From Chrysemys picta bellii (taxonomy: Eukaryota), in assembly GCF_011386835.1 (NCBI RefSeq), contig NC_088801.1, positions 14,632,001 to 14,696,000 on the forward strand: 64,000 nt of DNA, in the 5' to 3' direction. Positions 26,001 to 40,000 of the stretch are shown one piece after another. The translations under genes were made by a program, and so were the position numbers. Below the pieces are notes generated by a model. The model ran no database searches and was not told the DNA's origin. It worked only from the letters and a program-made list of their open reading frames with translations. How positions within the stretch are numbered: position 1 is the stretch's first letter; the number at the start of each line of letters is the position of its first letter.

Positions 26001-28844
26001 ACATCCTCTCTCAGCCTAATCTCTAATACTTAAAAGGTTGATTTAAACCATGCAGCATGAGGCTTCGTATCCATTCCAAAAATTTTTGTTAGTATTACCT
26101 ATTATGACAACAGGGAAATATGTGTAGTAATTCTTATGTTCAGATGTGAAGTCATTTAATACTGCTGTTTGTTTTCATTGGTTGCAATGCTCTTGACCTC
26201 TTCTATTTCTGTTATATTACTTTTGAGATGTCGTGTCCAAAACAGAACACAGACACTATTATGCCTCAGCCTGAATATTTATCTGTCTTAATACACCTAT
26301 GACTGATTGTTTGTTTGTTTTTTCCCAGGGTTGTTGGGTTTTTTTGGACTAGTACACCATATAGACCAGAAATTTTTATCTGGACTGCCCACAATGACAC
26401 CTCTCTCTCTTTCCGCTAATGTAAGATCCATCAATGTATATGAATAATTCATACTGAACCTTCCAATGTGCATTAGATAATTATAGAAATATAGGGCTAA
26501 CAAGGACCTCAAGAAGTCATCAAGTCCAGGCCCCTCCACATCTGTTTATGAAATGAAAGTTATATATGTACTATAGAATTGCTAAGGGGGTAGCTTTGAA
26601 GCAACTCAAAATTTTAGACTTGATTAACCTAACTAACGCTGCATTACCTAACGTTGCCACCTCACTGTTAACCCCACCCAGTTCAGACCACTGATAAATA
26701 AGTTATACAACACAGGTCCTGTTATGGATTCTTGGGACACCCCACAATTAACCTCTTTTCCATGTTTAAATTACCATTTATTCCAAAATCTTTATTTTCT
26801 GTCTTACGCAGTTTGAGATAAAATTGGTCATTTGTATATATTCTCCCATCCAGCCCTGGTATTCCCCCTTCCAGCTTTCAGATTTAAAATGTCAGAATTT
26901 TAAAGGCAGTTCAGTACCAAAGTTTTGTCAGAATCACTGTTGATTTAAGTCTCACTCCTTATTTAGTAATCCTGTTTTTAATCTAGTAGTTTTAAACAGG
27001 GGGATTGTGAAACCATCGTGCCAGCTCTACAGCTAAAATTAGCATGTGAAACACTTGTGGAGATGTTCAGTATAATTATGAATGATTACTACTTAAAAAA
27101 AAATAAACCTGTCACAAAATATTGTAATTATATTTAATACATATTTTGCTTTTAACAGCAGAAATAAACAGCATAGACCTTACAACTCATAGTTAGTGAA
27201 GAGTTTATAGTGCTTATAAAGTTGTATCTAAAATATACCTTATTCATTCTATACTGAACATTTTGAAGACAGTCTAATATTATAATTACACACTATACAA
27301 TAGCAGCATGTTCACACCACTATAGTTAAGGCTGTGTCAGCATTCCCATTATGTACCTCTTTTTTCAGGTTCTGAGTATTCCAGCCATAAAATTATAATG
27401 CAGTTTGAAAATTTGGCATACAAGGTTTTAGTCCGGCAGCAAATTTATTTTAGTCAAATAAGAATTAAAAAAATAACATCTCTGTAATACAGGAGACCGC
27501 CCAAGTGCATTTTGCACAATCAGCTTAAAGTTGCAAAACTGAAATTTGGAAAGAAGTTAGCTGACAGTATATTCCAATCATTTTTAAATGAATGTGATTT
27601 TAAAATGTTGCAAGGTGGGTGCCACAAATGAACAGTAACCACTTTTCACAAGGATTTTTACTGTACATTTGAATACACGTCCTGTTTTCTATAGGTATGT
27701 AAACCAATAGATAGAAGAACTTATTACTAAGCAAAGAAGAAATGACTTATCTCCAGTTTTAAACACACACAGTGGTCAACATTAAAGCCGTGGAATGAGG
27801 TATCACATTATTTCCCTACAGCTATTGTAAAAATTATGATCAATATCTCAGCTTTTATGCCAATCATTGACTTTTTATGAAGACAACCATGCTGAGGATC
27901 TGATCAGGCAGTCCAACTGAAATCACTTGCCTGAGTAAGGAATGCAGATCAGGCGAAATGTTATGGGAAAAAAAATAAATTTAAAATATATCAGCAGGTT
28001 CCTTGTGAAATGCCAGAACCTGAAAATGGAATTACAACCTTCATTTATGTAACATCCAAGGTTGCATTATTTATTATGACCCTGATGGAGGAGAAACATC
28101 CCTAAACAGGAGTGCACTTAAGCATATGCTTAAGGTTAGCTTAAAGGAAAGAGCCTGCTTAAGTGCTTTCCTGAATTGTGGCCAATATGTGAAAATGTGC
28201 ATGAGGCACTGAAATGTCATGGAGCTGTAATAAGCCAATGAAAAACTGTGGAGCTACTGAACTGAGATCTCCAAATATCATTTGCTTATTTAAAAATTTT
28301 AAAAGCTGCGTCCACGCAAAAGATTTTCCTTCTGGTAACTCTTATTGTTGTTACATGCTATTGGAGGCATTTCACTACATGTGTTCTAGACTTCAGATAT
28401 AAGCACACAAGACTGAAAAAAAGATTGCCTATATCAGGCTTCATGTACAATACATACATAGACATTATAAAACTTATCTAAACATATATTTGTTCTTTGG
28501 ACCAACTTCAGTCTCCTTATGTGACTGTAACGTGTTTTAAAAAATCTTTCATGGAAGATTAAAAATAATAATAATTAAAATGCAATAAAAGAGCTTGCTT
28601 AAACAACATCAAGACAGTGATGGAAGTCAAGAGACAAGAGGTAGGGACGTTCCAGGCCTAATTCACTGCTGGCATAATCAGGCAGAAGTCAACTTAAATC
28701 AATCAGGTGGGTGTCTATTTGAAGCAAAGGTGAGTTTGCCCTATAATCTGAAGGGGGAATTGCAAAGACAAAAAGGGAAACTGGGGGTAAGCCCCAAAAT
28801 ATAGGCCAGATTCCAACACACACACACACAGACAGAAAGAGAAG

Positions 28845-29030
28845 TGGTTAGTGCAATAACCTCCATCTTGGAAGACCTGGGATCAAGTCCCTGCTCTGCC
28901 ACAGATTTCCTGTGTGAACCTTGGGCAAGAAATTTAGCCGCTCTGTGCCTCAGTTCCCCCTCTATAACATGAGGATTACAGTACTTCCCTATCTCACAGT
29001 GGGGGTAGTGAGGATAAATACATTATAGAG
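28845..29030 (+). mobile_element. MIR/CORE-like ancient SINE
   Basis: CTCTGCCAC...CCTTGGGCAAG...CTCTGTGCCTCAGTTCCCC core motif. Similar remnants near 11330-11420 (-), 32990-33110, 38750-38900, 39280-39430 and 61560-61670. Confidence 0.7.
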
Positions 29031-29703
29031 TTTGAGACACTTAGCTATTACACAAGTGGGGCCATACATGTACCTAAAATAGAACTTTCCCCCACCCACT
29101 AGTCCCACAGACTTCAGCCAGACTGCTTGTAGAGTAAGGTATTACTCAGCATGACTAGTAGTGTCAGAATCTGGCCCTAGGTGATGAGTGTCTTTATTAA
29201 TCAGTAGCAAGGCTGTGATTCTGTTCAGGGGAAAAGACATGTTTATGACTAGCTACCAGCAGGAGTTGCAATATCTTCAGCCTTAATTCTGAATTCTCTG
29301 GCTTTTGCTAAACTATCAAAAACTTCAATTCCCCAAATTGCCTAGAAAAACTGAAGCAGAATTTTCGGCTACAGTACAGTAACTCAAAGGTCTGTTTGGC
29401 ACCGAAACATTGTGGAAAAAGATGGTAAACCTAGTTTAGATTGGCAAAAAACCAATCTTGTCTATGAACAAATATTGTCAAATGTATTGCATACGAGTGT
29501 TACTTCACAGGAATCAGACACCAAGGTTTCTAACTGACTTACAGAAGCAGCAATCACAGATTGCAATAACATGTACCATTCAAGGGGAGGGGAGGGGGGA
29601 CTGCATTTTGGCAATTTTAGAGTCAAAATGTTCCTTATAGCGTGTTCTTCCGACAGTTGTTTGTCATATATTTTCCTGTATAAAAGATGTATTTTGCTTT
29701 TCC

Positions 29704-29745
29704 TCAGTCCTGGTGAGATTTTTCTGCAATGACTTTGCATTCATA
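29704..29745 (-). CDS. INSIG2: INSIG2 last coding exon (42 nt including TGA)
   Basis: TTGTTTTGCAG acceptor, then YECKVIAEKSHQD*. E214 and C215 are present and the C-terminus is KxHxx-like. The five exons sum to 678 nt = 225 aa + stop. Confidence 0.96.
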   Translation of the reverse strand, partial: YECKVIAEKSHQD

Positions 29746-30357
29746 CTGCAAAACAACCAAAGAGAGTGAAAATTATTTGAGAACAAGGATTTATACAATT
29801 AAGTTCTGAGTTAGACAGCTGTGAAAGGGAGGGATCTACATAGCAACTGACACAACAGCTCTACCCACACTTTCCCCCAGATCAGTTCAGACCCCCAAAC
29901 TCCCATGCTTTTCAGGGTACCCTCACCAACTACAGTTCTGTAGTAAACATTTTGTACACAATCTATGCACAGAGTGCTAGCATTCTGTGCCTCCTTGCAT
30001 AGCAAAAGAGAGCCTAAGTACATTAGCTATTAACTTAGAGCTTATGCAGCTTTCCTCCCCCGAAACATGGTGTTCTTATTTAGGCCTTAATCCTGCAAAG
30101 GCTTGTGCGTGTACAGAATGGAATGAACACAATGAAATGGGGAACCCTTTAGGATATGTGGGGCACTCAGCAGTGGACAGAACTTCTGCTGGTGGGAGGG
30201 ACATGCTGACCAAACTGAAAAGCACTGTCTCTGGACTCCCATCTTAGTCCACATTTGCAATCTGAATAACTGGTTGATGTTTATTGGGAAATAATTTTTT
30301 GAAACCAGACAATACAAGCTCAGTACCCCCCAAAAAATAAAATAAACTCTAACTTAC

Positions 30358-30457
30358 CATTGCCAGCTGCCTACCAATGTTCCCCACAGTAATGCCACCA
30401 GCAAAAAATATACATGGTAACCAGGAACGAACATAAAGGAAATCTGGAGATGTATAT
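30358..30457 (-). CDS. INSIG2: INSIG2 fourth coding exon (100 nt)
   Basis: Encodes [36 protein letters not shown] acceptor, GTAAGT donor. Confidence 0.97.
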
Positions 30458-30928
30458 CTAGAAAGGAATACAAGTTTGCATTATTATCTGTTTACTGCCA
30501 ACATTGAACTTAACCCTATGCACAATCCTTTCTTCAAAAAAACATATACTTTTAAAGTTAGGCACAGAGACATACTGAGAAATCTGGATATGGGAATATA
30601 TTAGCCTAAAGATACACACACTTGTAGTAGGAAGTTTGATTTCTTACTGCAAATATCAAATTTACTACCCATCCATTCATTCATTCTAATATCCTTTCTC
30701 TGTTTGATCCAGGTTGTTTTGCTGTTGGTAATGTAGCAGTTTTAGAACTCCAAACCAAAATCTCGGTCTTACACACACATAAGCACTCACAAGAATAGTC
30801 GAATTAAAGTTACACACGTTTAAGACTTAGCAAGTTCGGGGCTCAAGTTAAGTCAGATCTACCTTCAATGTTCTTGTTTACTAATCGAACATGAACACCA
30901 CTTAACCAGAAGAAAAATAAAGACTCAC

Positions 30929-31095
30929 TGGTAAACCCCATTGTAGACCAGAAGCTGTGATACCAAGGTGGCCAGAAAAGCAATTCCGATTCCAAGACCA
31001 AAGCCACTTCGTGATCTATCAAAGGTCCACCATAGTCCAATTGAAAGCGCTGCTAGTGTAAGAGACAACTGTATGTTGTTGGCAAAATCCACTTT
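30929..31095 (-). CDS. INSIG2: INSIG2 third coding exon (167 nt)
   Basis: Encodes [55 protein letters not shown](Q), including Q132, T136, W145 and D149 by human numbering. CAG acceptor, GTGAGT donor. Confidence 0.97.
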
Positions 31096-33572
31096 CTGTG
31101 GTCATTTGTTAAGGATCAGTTTTAAAGTGCCAACTTCAGGTGAAGTGCAATAATATTTACTTCATTAACTAACTTTTGATCTGAAAAATAACACAGTCCT
31201 ACATAATAACAACACCTAGCTCTTGCATAAACACGGCTCTCTTCATTTAATACAACTAAATGGTATAAGAATATTATCATAATAATTGTAAAGTATTATT
31301 TTATCTGTGTTAAGAAAAATATTTACTTAAAATGTTATTTTATGTTTACAGTATTTTTTTAAACCCACAATGTTGTCTCAGGACTTCGCTACAAACTGTA
31401 CAAGTGTTTTAAATACAAGGAGACTAGACGGAAATTAAGTAGAATACCAGATTTTTTGACAGATTTACTGTAAAAATATTACTGTTCAGATGAAGAAGTA
31501 CCAACAACAGTCCAGCCTCACCTGTTGCTCCTTTAATATCCTAAGGTTAAAGCTTTAAATCTAGCATTAAATTGCCAAAATGCCATATATCTTATGTTGT
31601 TGCCTACTGAAATAAGGTCATTTGGAAAAACAAAATATATTTAATTTCAATAACTATTACATGTTTTTAATTAGAATAGTATTTTTATCCAGTAAAACAT
31701 TTATTCAGAATCTTGTTTGCTTTTAAAAAAGCTACAGCTATGCAAATATGATAAATTAATAATCCTAGACACTTTTGTAGCACTTTGCCCTCTTCAAAAC
31801 ACTTCGCAAATATCAGCTAATTCATTTTCTCAACATCTCTGTAAGAAAGTACCGTTAAAGAGAGATTGTTAACACTCATAAGCCTAAACTTAGATTTAGG
31901 GGGTGACAAATGTATAGGTAAAAAGGTTGTCCTGGTCTCAACCACAGGAATCCACTGGCCTGGAGAAAGATCTAGTGGAGTAGTCTAACAAGAAATGGGG
32001 TTAACTTGATGGTAACAGAGAGAATGGCAGACACAAGGACACAATGACCAAAGTCAGATCAAATGCTGTTATTTTAAAGTGAGATGAACTGAAGCTCAGG
32101 CTTTTCAGGAAGCCACTTAGAAGAAAGTAGAGTTGCTACACTAATAATAGCTATGGAAGAGGCATTGTTTCCTTAAAAATGTGGAATGGCTGATAGCAAA
32201 CTGCAGAGGTGTTTGCTGAAAGTAATCTGACTCATGAGGAGTTCACCACCCAATTTTCAAGAAACATGTCAGAATTTCTTAGGGTCCTGTATCTGAATGT
32301 GCCCACAGTCAGGGGATGGTCAGAAGTTGGTGGCATCCACGTGACCAGATGGACACGTCTTCAAATATGGGAGAACTGAGGCCCGCAAGAGGATATTAGC
32401 AGACCCTAGCTTTGATAGCTCCAACTTTTCTGGCCACACTAGATAGGATGGGGTATTGTGGGAAAAGAACAATATCCATCCATAAGGTAAGGCCACTTGA
32501 ATGGGAACGCAGCCCATTTTCCATGCCTTCCTTTGGCATCTCATTTCATCCATTCTCTCTCTTCTGGATCTCTTTCAGCTGGAAACAAAAAAGAGAGCCA
32601 ACACCACATGGCCAGGGAGTTTGCATCACATCACCAGCAATTCTCTGCAGACCATAGTCTGGGACCTGATGCTAAAGATGAAAGAATGAGCCTTCTAGAG
32701 ATTCTTAATTTTCCTTTTAATTACTTATCTTTGAGTCTGGGTTTGGTAGACTAGTCAATTGCCTTAACTTGGAGAGGGAGATCCTATACACGATGACACA
32801 AAGCACAACTGCTCATGGGTTGCCAGTGAGACATCACAGTCCATTCTGAGGACATGTTTTTGTCCAATGGGCTTCTGGGAATCATGACTCCTTCATCTGG
32901 GGCTAGTATTAGTCTAGTGTAAAGGTGTACATGGATTTTTGAGAATTGATGCATTTCACATCATGCCACATTGATTCACTTGTAACTTCTCTCCTTTCCG
33001 CATAGGCTAAGTGACTTGCCTTAGAATATCTGCATCTCAGTTCCTCGTCTGTAAAATAGGGATAATAATGCTTATTCGCTTTTGTAAAATGCTTTGAGAT
33101 CCATGAATAACCAATGCCAAGTATTTTTTTCCTACCAATTTTTTCCCGTGCTTAGCAAAGTGCACACTCTTCATTGATGCTGCTGCACATGTGAAGTTTG
33201 GTCTTTAAAACTGTAACTGTATTGAGTTTACAATAAGTGCAAGAAGAGCAACCTTAAAAATTTCTCAGAGCATAAACTCCTTTCCCATATGTACTTGAAT
33301 AAACTCTAAAAAAAGACACAAATATATATTTAAAAAAACAGGGAGATTTCAGTTTAAGTGGTATTTCTAGAAACTTATATGCATAACCTTCATTAACTAG
33401 TGCAGCTACTGACATTCTATAACAGTTTTAACTCTAAGCTACACTCTGTATGTCCTTTTAAAACATTATACATCATATTTTAGAAACAGTTACATTGTGA
33501 GCAGCTATTTAACCTTTGGTTCACCAGAAACTAATTTGTTACTGCAAACTTCATTACCACATAGAAGGATAC
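31096..33572 (-). other. INSIG2: U12-type (minor spliceosome) GT-AG intron of INSIG2
   Basis: 5' splice site GTATCCTT at 33572-33565; branch sequence TCCTTAAC at 31115-31108, about 12 nt from the CAG; no polypyrimidine tract. Confidence 0.93.
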
Positions 33573-33697
33573 AGCACTAGCATGATTGATACCCACAAAG
33601 ACTGCTACACATCGCATTACACTGGACCATTCTCGCTTAAATTTATGTGGCTCTCCCAGATGTCTGTCCATGCAGGGATACAACAACCCAATCACAG
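33573..33697 (-). CDS. INSIG2: INSIG2 second coding exon (125 nt)
   Basis: CAG acceptor at 33698-33700; encodes (A)[41 protein letters not shown]; donor GTATCCTT. Phase matches the previous exon. Confidence 0.97.
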
Positions 33698-33958
33698 CTG
33701 TGGAAATATGAAAGAAAAATTAACAATTAAAGCATCTGCAATATTTAGCTGCACTAGAGACAATCTAGACCAAGGTGGTTCTGCAACCATAAAAAACAAA
33801 TATTTTTCAAACACTGTCAAGATTTAAAAATAAAAAGAAAGGCATTTCAGATAGTTTAGGCCCAAAACATAAGTTATTATTAAACGGCTGCCTTAAAATT
33901 CAATGAAAACAGCTATATGTTTGTCATTTAAAATTCCCTTACAGCATCTTCAGTCACA

Positions 33959-34148
33959 AGGAGGGATAGCTCAGTGGTTTGAGCATTGGCCTGCTAAACC
34001 CAGGGTTGTGAGTTCAATCCTTGAGGGGGCCACTTAGGAATCTGGGGCAAAATCAGTACTTGGTCCTGCTAGTGAAGGCAGGGGGCTGGACTCGATGACC
34101 TTTCGGGGTCCCTTCCAGCTCTATGAGATAGGTGTATCTCCATATATA
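33959..34148 (+). mobile_element. Tortoise polIII-type tRNA-derived SINE, full length
   Basis: A-box TAGCTCAGTGG, B-box GAGTTCAATCC and a CR1-like tail; lies in an INSIG2 intron. Confidence 0.92.
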
Positions 34149-36723
34149 ACAGCTTTGCGCTGGTGCATAATACCAGGAAGGGGTGAAAATAAACTAAATG
34201 TGGGATTTTCTAAACATCGTCAATACTTTTCCTTAAACACTCACTATACCGTAGTTCCACCTATAAAGACAATTCCCACACCAGCTGGGAGGCACACGTG
34301 AAAGTTTAATGTTACGCTGTTTTAGTATGTAAGAAGCAAGGGCTCAGAAGGCAGCTTTGAATTCTAACACCTATTATGGTGATAGGTCGGATGCATCTCA
34401 CAGGAGAGGTTTTCCATGTGCCAGAGAGGAACCTGATCTACAGGGTTTAAGAAATAAATGAAAAATCACCAGTGAAGCAGCATCAGAAATTGCCATGTAA
34501 CCAGCATTCTAGCTGAGGACGTGGGGCCCAACTGATCGCTAACAGTGGTAGATGAAAAAAGTCTCCGTAAATAGCACTGATGGAGGGCTATGAAAAATCT
34601 CTCTTCATTGGTGTCTTTAGGATGAGTAAACTAGGCCTAATGCCTAAGGGGTCGTTCAAAGAATTACAAATATTGTGGTTTTGCAGATCTGTTTACTGGG
34701 GGTGATGGAGAGGGGGAAGTCATACCCCAGAGACATATTAATGTCAATGAGATTGCGTAGGTAGGGATAGCAGAACAACACGAGTTATCCAGCAGATTGC
34801 CTTGAGTAGGTTGCAAACATTATTCCCTCAGGTAGCACTTGTATGCTAGACAGACAAGAGCAGGAGAGGAAGAATTGTGAAACATTCCTACAAAGAGACG
34901 CTGTAGCATTTAAAGCTGGAAGAAATCGACTAAGAACATGCAACCTTGTAAGTCAATTTCAGCATAGAAGCTCAGCTTGTCACCTCAAGACTGTGACAAA
35001 GCCTGAACCTTAGAGTTTCCTGGTAAAGAGTTTGTAGGTATGTAATGGTCTCCATTGCTTGCTAAGAGAGTGACACTATTGCAAGTGGGACACACTCATT
35101 TCAACCCCCAGAACAAATCCTTTAGGTAGAAACAACTGTAGTAGACTGTGCACTGAAAATAGTGTGGGAGCATGGTGTGTAGCTAAATGAGAACAGTAGG
35201 CATACCACTGACCCTTTAAATCTTTTCAGGGCCTGTTTCCCCTCTCCCCTTGTCCCATGGACACAAAAAGCCCATCTTACTAACAGATAATTTTACAGAG
35301 CTACATCCATGTATTCTCTTTTACAAAACAAACCTGAGATCACTTACTGTAAAAAGACATAATAGATATGTTGTTGGATAGCTAAGCCCCGCTACAAATA
35401 GGAAAGAAAAAATCCTTCGAGATGGCCAAATCAAACTGCTCTATCAGTAAATCAAACCCCTCATGAGCTCTATGTCAAGACAACCAATTTAAGCATAAAA
35501 AAATATGCAGCAAATACAGGGTACCATAGCAGCAAGATTAGAGAATAAGAGCTAGGTTAGACAGGCAACTTACAGATACAACAAGTATATAACTGTGACC
35601 AAAATATTCCAAAGACAGAGAGAACAAAACTGACATATTGAGACAGCTATTTGGACAGTTTCCTTTCAGATCAGGCTCTTCTATGAAATCTGTGGTGAAA
35701 TGGTTCAACACCATACCAAAAGAAAAGTAATTAGATAAAATATTCGACTTAAAAATTACCTTTAGCAAAACCTTGATGCCAGAAGTACCCAATAGACCAA
35801 AGGTAAGTTTACTGATTTGTAGTACCACCCAAAGAGGCAAATGGACTCCTCACTCATTAAAATCAAGCTCAAGGAAGATACTGTCTTTAAAATAAAGGTC
35901 TACTTATAATCGAATTCCCCCATCCAGCTGCTCAGAATAATCCACTGGTAAAGTGTTATATTGACCCATGGGAAAGGTCTTACACTGTGTTCTGAAGCCC
36001 AAACTCTGTCAGACTTTTAAAGGGAGCAGATTTCAGAGGACATCCATTGTTAACAATGTACCATTGACAAGAGCAAAGCAGCACCTTGTGCCTATATCTC
36101 CTTAAGATATAGGGGGACAGCTGCATTCCAGACCACGTGGAGCTTTACAGATCTAATCCTGCACCTTGACCCGCTATCAGAAGCGAACAGGAAGCTGGGG
36201 CAAAAATGGCATACTCTCATTACGGCTTACACCAGACAAGGCAAACTACTCCATGCTGCAAAATCTGGGATCTCCAGGTTCCTTTCCAGAGTTGCCCACA
36301 AAGGGCATGGCAGTAATCTAGCCTCAAGGTTACAATCCTTTGGATTTCAGTGGATTGCCAAACTCAGTATTCCTAATCCTGAAAACTGAGCATAATCTTC
36401 TGACTCAAGAATTCAGCACAGCAGGGCTAATATTTAGTCCTGCCTCAGTGCAGGGGACTGGACTAGATGACCTATCAAGGTCCTTTCCAGTCCTATACTT
36501 CTACGATTCTATGATTCACCCTACAACTTCTGTAAAAATGTACAAAGATCTTTTGGAGAGGAAACAGACAGATGGGAAAGGGAGCAGGACTAGATCCAAA
36601 ATTTTAAATCTTCCATATTTTTCTATTAATGAAGGATTTTTAATTTCCTCACTACCACCCCCACCGCCGCGCACACACACACACACACGAAACATACAGA
36701 CAGTTGGCACCTTCTGACATTAC

Positions 36724-36967
36724 CTGAGGCTGTGCCACAGCAAGGTGGTACCCACCAAGCTGAAGAGAAGATGCTTGTGATCACATCTGGTGGAAAGAGC
36801 GTGACATTTCTCTGAATCTGTAGCAAGTTTAATACTAATGCAAGAAACACGCCAATAAAAAACAGCACTAATCCACGAATCACCAAGTTTATGCCATGAC
36901 TGGTTATAGATGAAATGTATGGACCACACTTTTTTGATATGGTTGGTGCTGCATCGCTTTCTGCCAT
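36724..36967 (-). CDS. INSIG2: INSIG2 first coding exon (aa 1-81, 244 nt)
   Basis: Translates [81 protein letters not shown], recognisably INSIG2 (short N-terminus, KKCGPYISS). ATG at 36967; donor G|GTAAT at 36723. Confidence 0.97.
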
Positions 36968-37079
36968 GACGCACGAGGCAATATCCACCAGTGTGACTGG
37001 GGAGGATCCACTTGTAGTCGGTATTTTAACACTCCCAATTTAGGATGTACCCCAAACCCTGTGAAAACAATAGACACAG
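36968..37079 (-). other. INSIG2: 5' UTR part of the INSIG2 first coding exon; acceptor at 37058 or 37079
   Basis: Two AG acceptors: GTTTTCACAG|GG (exon start 37058) and TTTTTTTTTCAG|CT (exon start 37079). Confidence 0.65.
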
Positions 37080-40000
37080 CTGAAAAAAAAAGACATTTTT
37101 ACAAAAATGTATTTTAATCTGTTAAAAAATATATTTAAAAATAAGTCAAGCTTTTCTGAATTGGCAGAAGATAGAATTTACCTTCTGAAGAAGGCAAACC
37201 TCAACAGAACTAGCGCTTTGTGCAACAATGCTATTGCAGTTCTGTCTACAATCATGCGTTAAGCTGATGAATATGCTGCTAAAAATAAAGTTTTAGCAAC
37301 AGCTTTACATACTTTGGAGGGGGAGAAAAACCAAACCCGAGAAGGAGTGGGACGGCATGGCTGATGATGTGGGACCATATGGCGCAAGAACAGGAAATTA
37401 AAACTACTCAGGAGGAGGTGCTTGCTTCAGAGAAAACTGAGTTTGTGATGACTCTGATGTGAAAGAAGACAGTGAAGTGGTACCAGGGTGTAGGTGGCTC
37501 ACAAGAGAATGAGGCATCTAGTTTCAAGGCAGCTGTGGAGTTACACACTTCTTTGATCTTCAAAAGAAGCCAGTAAAAAGCTCACAGTGTAGAGTGGGGA
37601 AATGAAATTTGAGAAAAAATTTGCAGGGTGGAGCCAACAACCTTTGTAATAATTGAGAAGGTGAGTCTTTGAAAGCTAGAAGGGCACACAGTCCCATTAC
37701 ACAGAAATTCTCATGAAGGCAACACAGATTTCATTAAAATTGTAATAGTGGGTTAAGAAAAATGATTCTCAGCTACAAAACAAACAGTGCAAAGAGGTAA
37801 AGAAACTCCATCTTCCCATCAGCATCAGAGCACTCCATACATACATGTCCAGCTCTGTACACACTAGATATGAATGGCAGAATTTCCTTCCCAAGCATCT
37901 TTTTTAAAACCATCAATCAAAACTATTGTTTTACGTGGATTCAACATTACATTCGTGTAGGACAGGGACAGCTTAGCCACCTGGAACTTTAAAGAAAACA
38001 AACATTGTTTTTAAATTTGAAACGGCCAACTAGTGGCAGCTTTCGATAACTGACTCATGGCCACATGGATAGAGACAGAAGTAGAAGACTCCTTGTTTCC
38101 CCATTCCATTCCTAGAGCACACCATACTGTCTTCAATACTGTCTTATGATCCACGGCTAGGCAGAAATCCATACTTTTTGAGAGGGTTACCGAAGAGGCC
38201 ACATAAAAAAAGTGTTGCCCTATCCATATAGAACTTCATTCTTGTGGATTTTGGGCATCAATTTACTCATGTGGACAGTCGTAATGACTCCAATAGGACT
38301 ACACCTGTGAGTAGTTAAGTGTGCGACCCAGGTTTGTGAACTTGAAATGCTGCCGTTATTGTTGCTACAGAGGGCCTACTTTTCTGTCCTCCTGCATCTT
38401 GTGTAGTCATTTACACCAGTGCGAAATTTACACTACCAGATCTGATGCAGCTCTGGCATGATGGCGCAGAGGATAAATCTCCTTATCTCACTGCTGCCAC
38501 TGCAATGTCATGTCTCTTGCCCCTAAAGAGGGGGAAAGAGGAGAGCAGGGCAAGGTAATGAGCATCATACAAAATGAGAAGACAGCAAGAGCAGCAGCAA
38601 AACATTATCAAATCTGATTAGCGGGATAAGCCATGGACCTCTAGCGCAATCACTGAAGTTCCAAGTAAGAATAGGTCATTGCTTAAATAAGTAAAATAAA
38701 AAGCATGGGACTGAAGGGTCAACACTGGGGAGCAATGTGGCCTTCTATTTAGGCCTCTGGAGACCTGGCTTCTATTCTTGGCTCTGCCATTAGCAGGTGA
38801 GGTGATTTTGGGCAAGTCCCTTCACCTACCTGTGCCTCGGTTTCCTCGTCTGTACAATGGGGATAATGATACTGATCTCCTTTGTAAGTGCTTGGAGACC
38901 TACTGGTGAAAAATGTTATATACAGCTTGGTATTATTATTATTAGTTACTAGAGAAAACATATTGGCAGTAGCATGGATAGAGTTTAAGGATGCCAGCAT
39001 ACACAATATTAAAATAATTCAGCAGACAATGATTTATGAAACAACTAGCAACATTCATCAACCAATCACAGGCCTTGCCCATGGCAGGAAATTACTTGTT
39101 TTACAGCAACAGTGCAGCTGCAGTGGTGCTATTAACCGGGCAAACTCTGCTGTGGACTAAACATTTTTACCAGTGTCACCTTGACCACTCAGATCAAGGA
39201 AAGGAATTCCCTAGTGCAGAGGCACTTATAGGGTATGAACATGTTTACAGCAGCGAGTGCTTTGCCTTGAATTAGCAGCATGGTGTATTGGTTAAGAGCA
39301 GGCAACGAGGACACAGGACTCCTAGGTTCTACTCCTGGTTCTGCCATTGATTTGCTGTGTGATTTTAAGGGGAATCAATTTACCTCTGTTCCTCAGTTTC
39401 CCCACCTATAAATAAGGGACAACAACTGACCAATCTTTAAAAAGCACCAAGATCCTATGTTTTTGCAATGTATTATTACTGTGCCTCCTGTATTAATTGC
39501 GGAGATTAAGATTTCTGAGAGAAGTTACAGCTGTGGGTGTGGAAAGAGTGTGTGCCTATATATACACACACATTAATCGAAATCAGTTATATTTTATCCA
39601 AAGCTTCCATCCAGGTCTGAATAACGCCACCACAGTTTACAATTTGACCCTACAACATTGCTGTGCCATCACCTCTTGAAAATGGATATTCAAAGCTGTA
39701 ACAACGCAGGAAAGCTACAGAGCGGGCACCTTTGCAAGACAGGCTCGGCTCCAGTTTATCCCTTCTGTGGCACGCCACTTCAACTTAAACTTTTTAGTGA
39801 GGGGAAACTGTGCTACGTGAAGGCTTTGGGAGTCATGTACAATAATAAAATTATTACCGGAGATTTTTTTCCAGTCACTGCAATGTCTCGAATAGGAAAA
39901 GCATCCTGAAACTGCTCCAAAGTTTACCAGTTGAGCTAATCAATAAGGCTCATTTGTGTGAATCCCACAGATAAACTATTCTTATGCAATATATAGATGT

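Noticed and set aside
26777-29703. INSIG2 3' UTR end / polyadenylation site
   Set aside because: Several minus-strand AATAAA candidates (29193, 28070, 27444, 26791, 26777) cannot be told apart without 3'-end data.
33959-34030. Possible tRNA gene
   Set aside because: The tRNA-like head continues into a SINE body and CR1-like tail, with near-identical copies at 11567 and 43741.
36968-36988. INSIG2 start at 36988 (MDIASCV) in the ORF track
   Set aside because: The codon is GTG, not ATG. The ATG at 36967 matches the known INSIG2 N-terminus and gives 225 aa.
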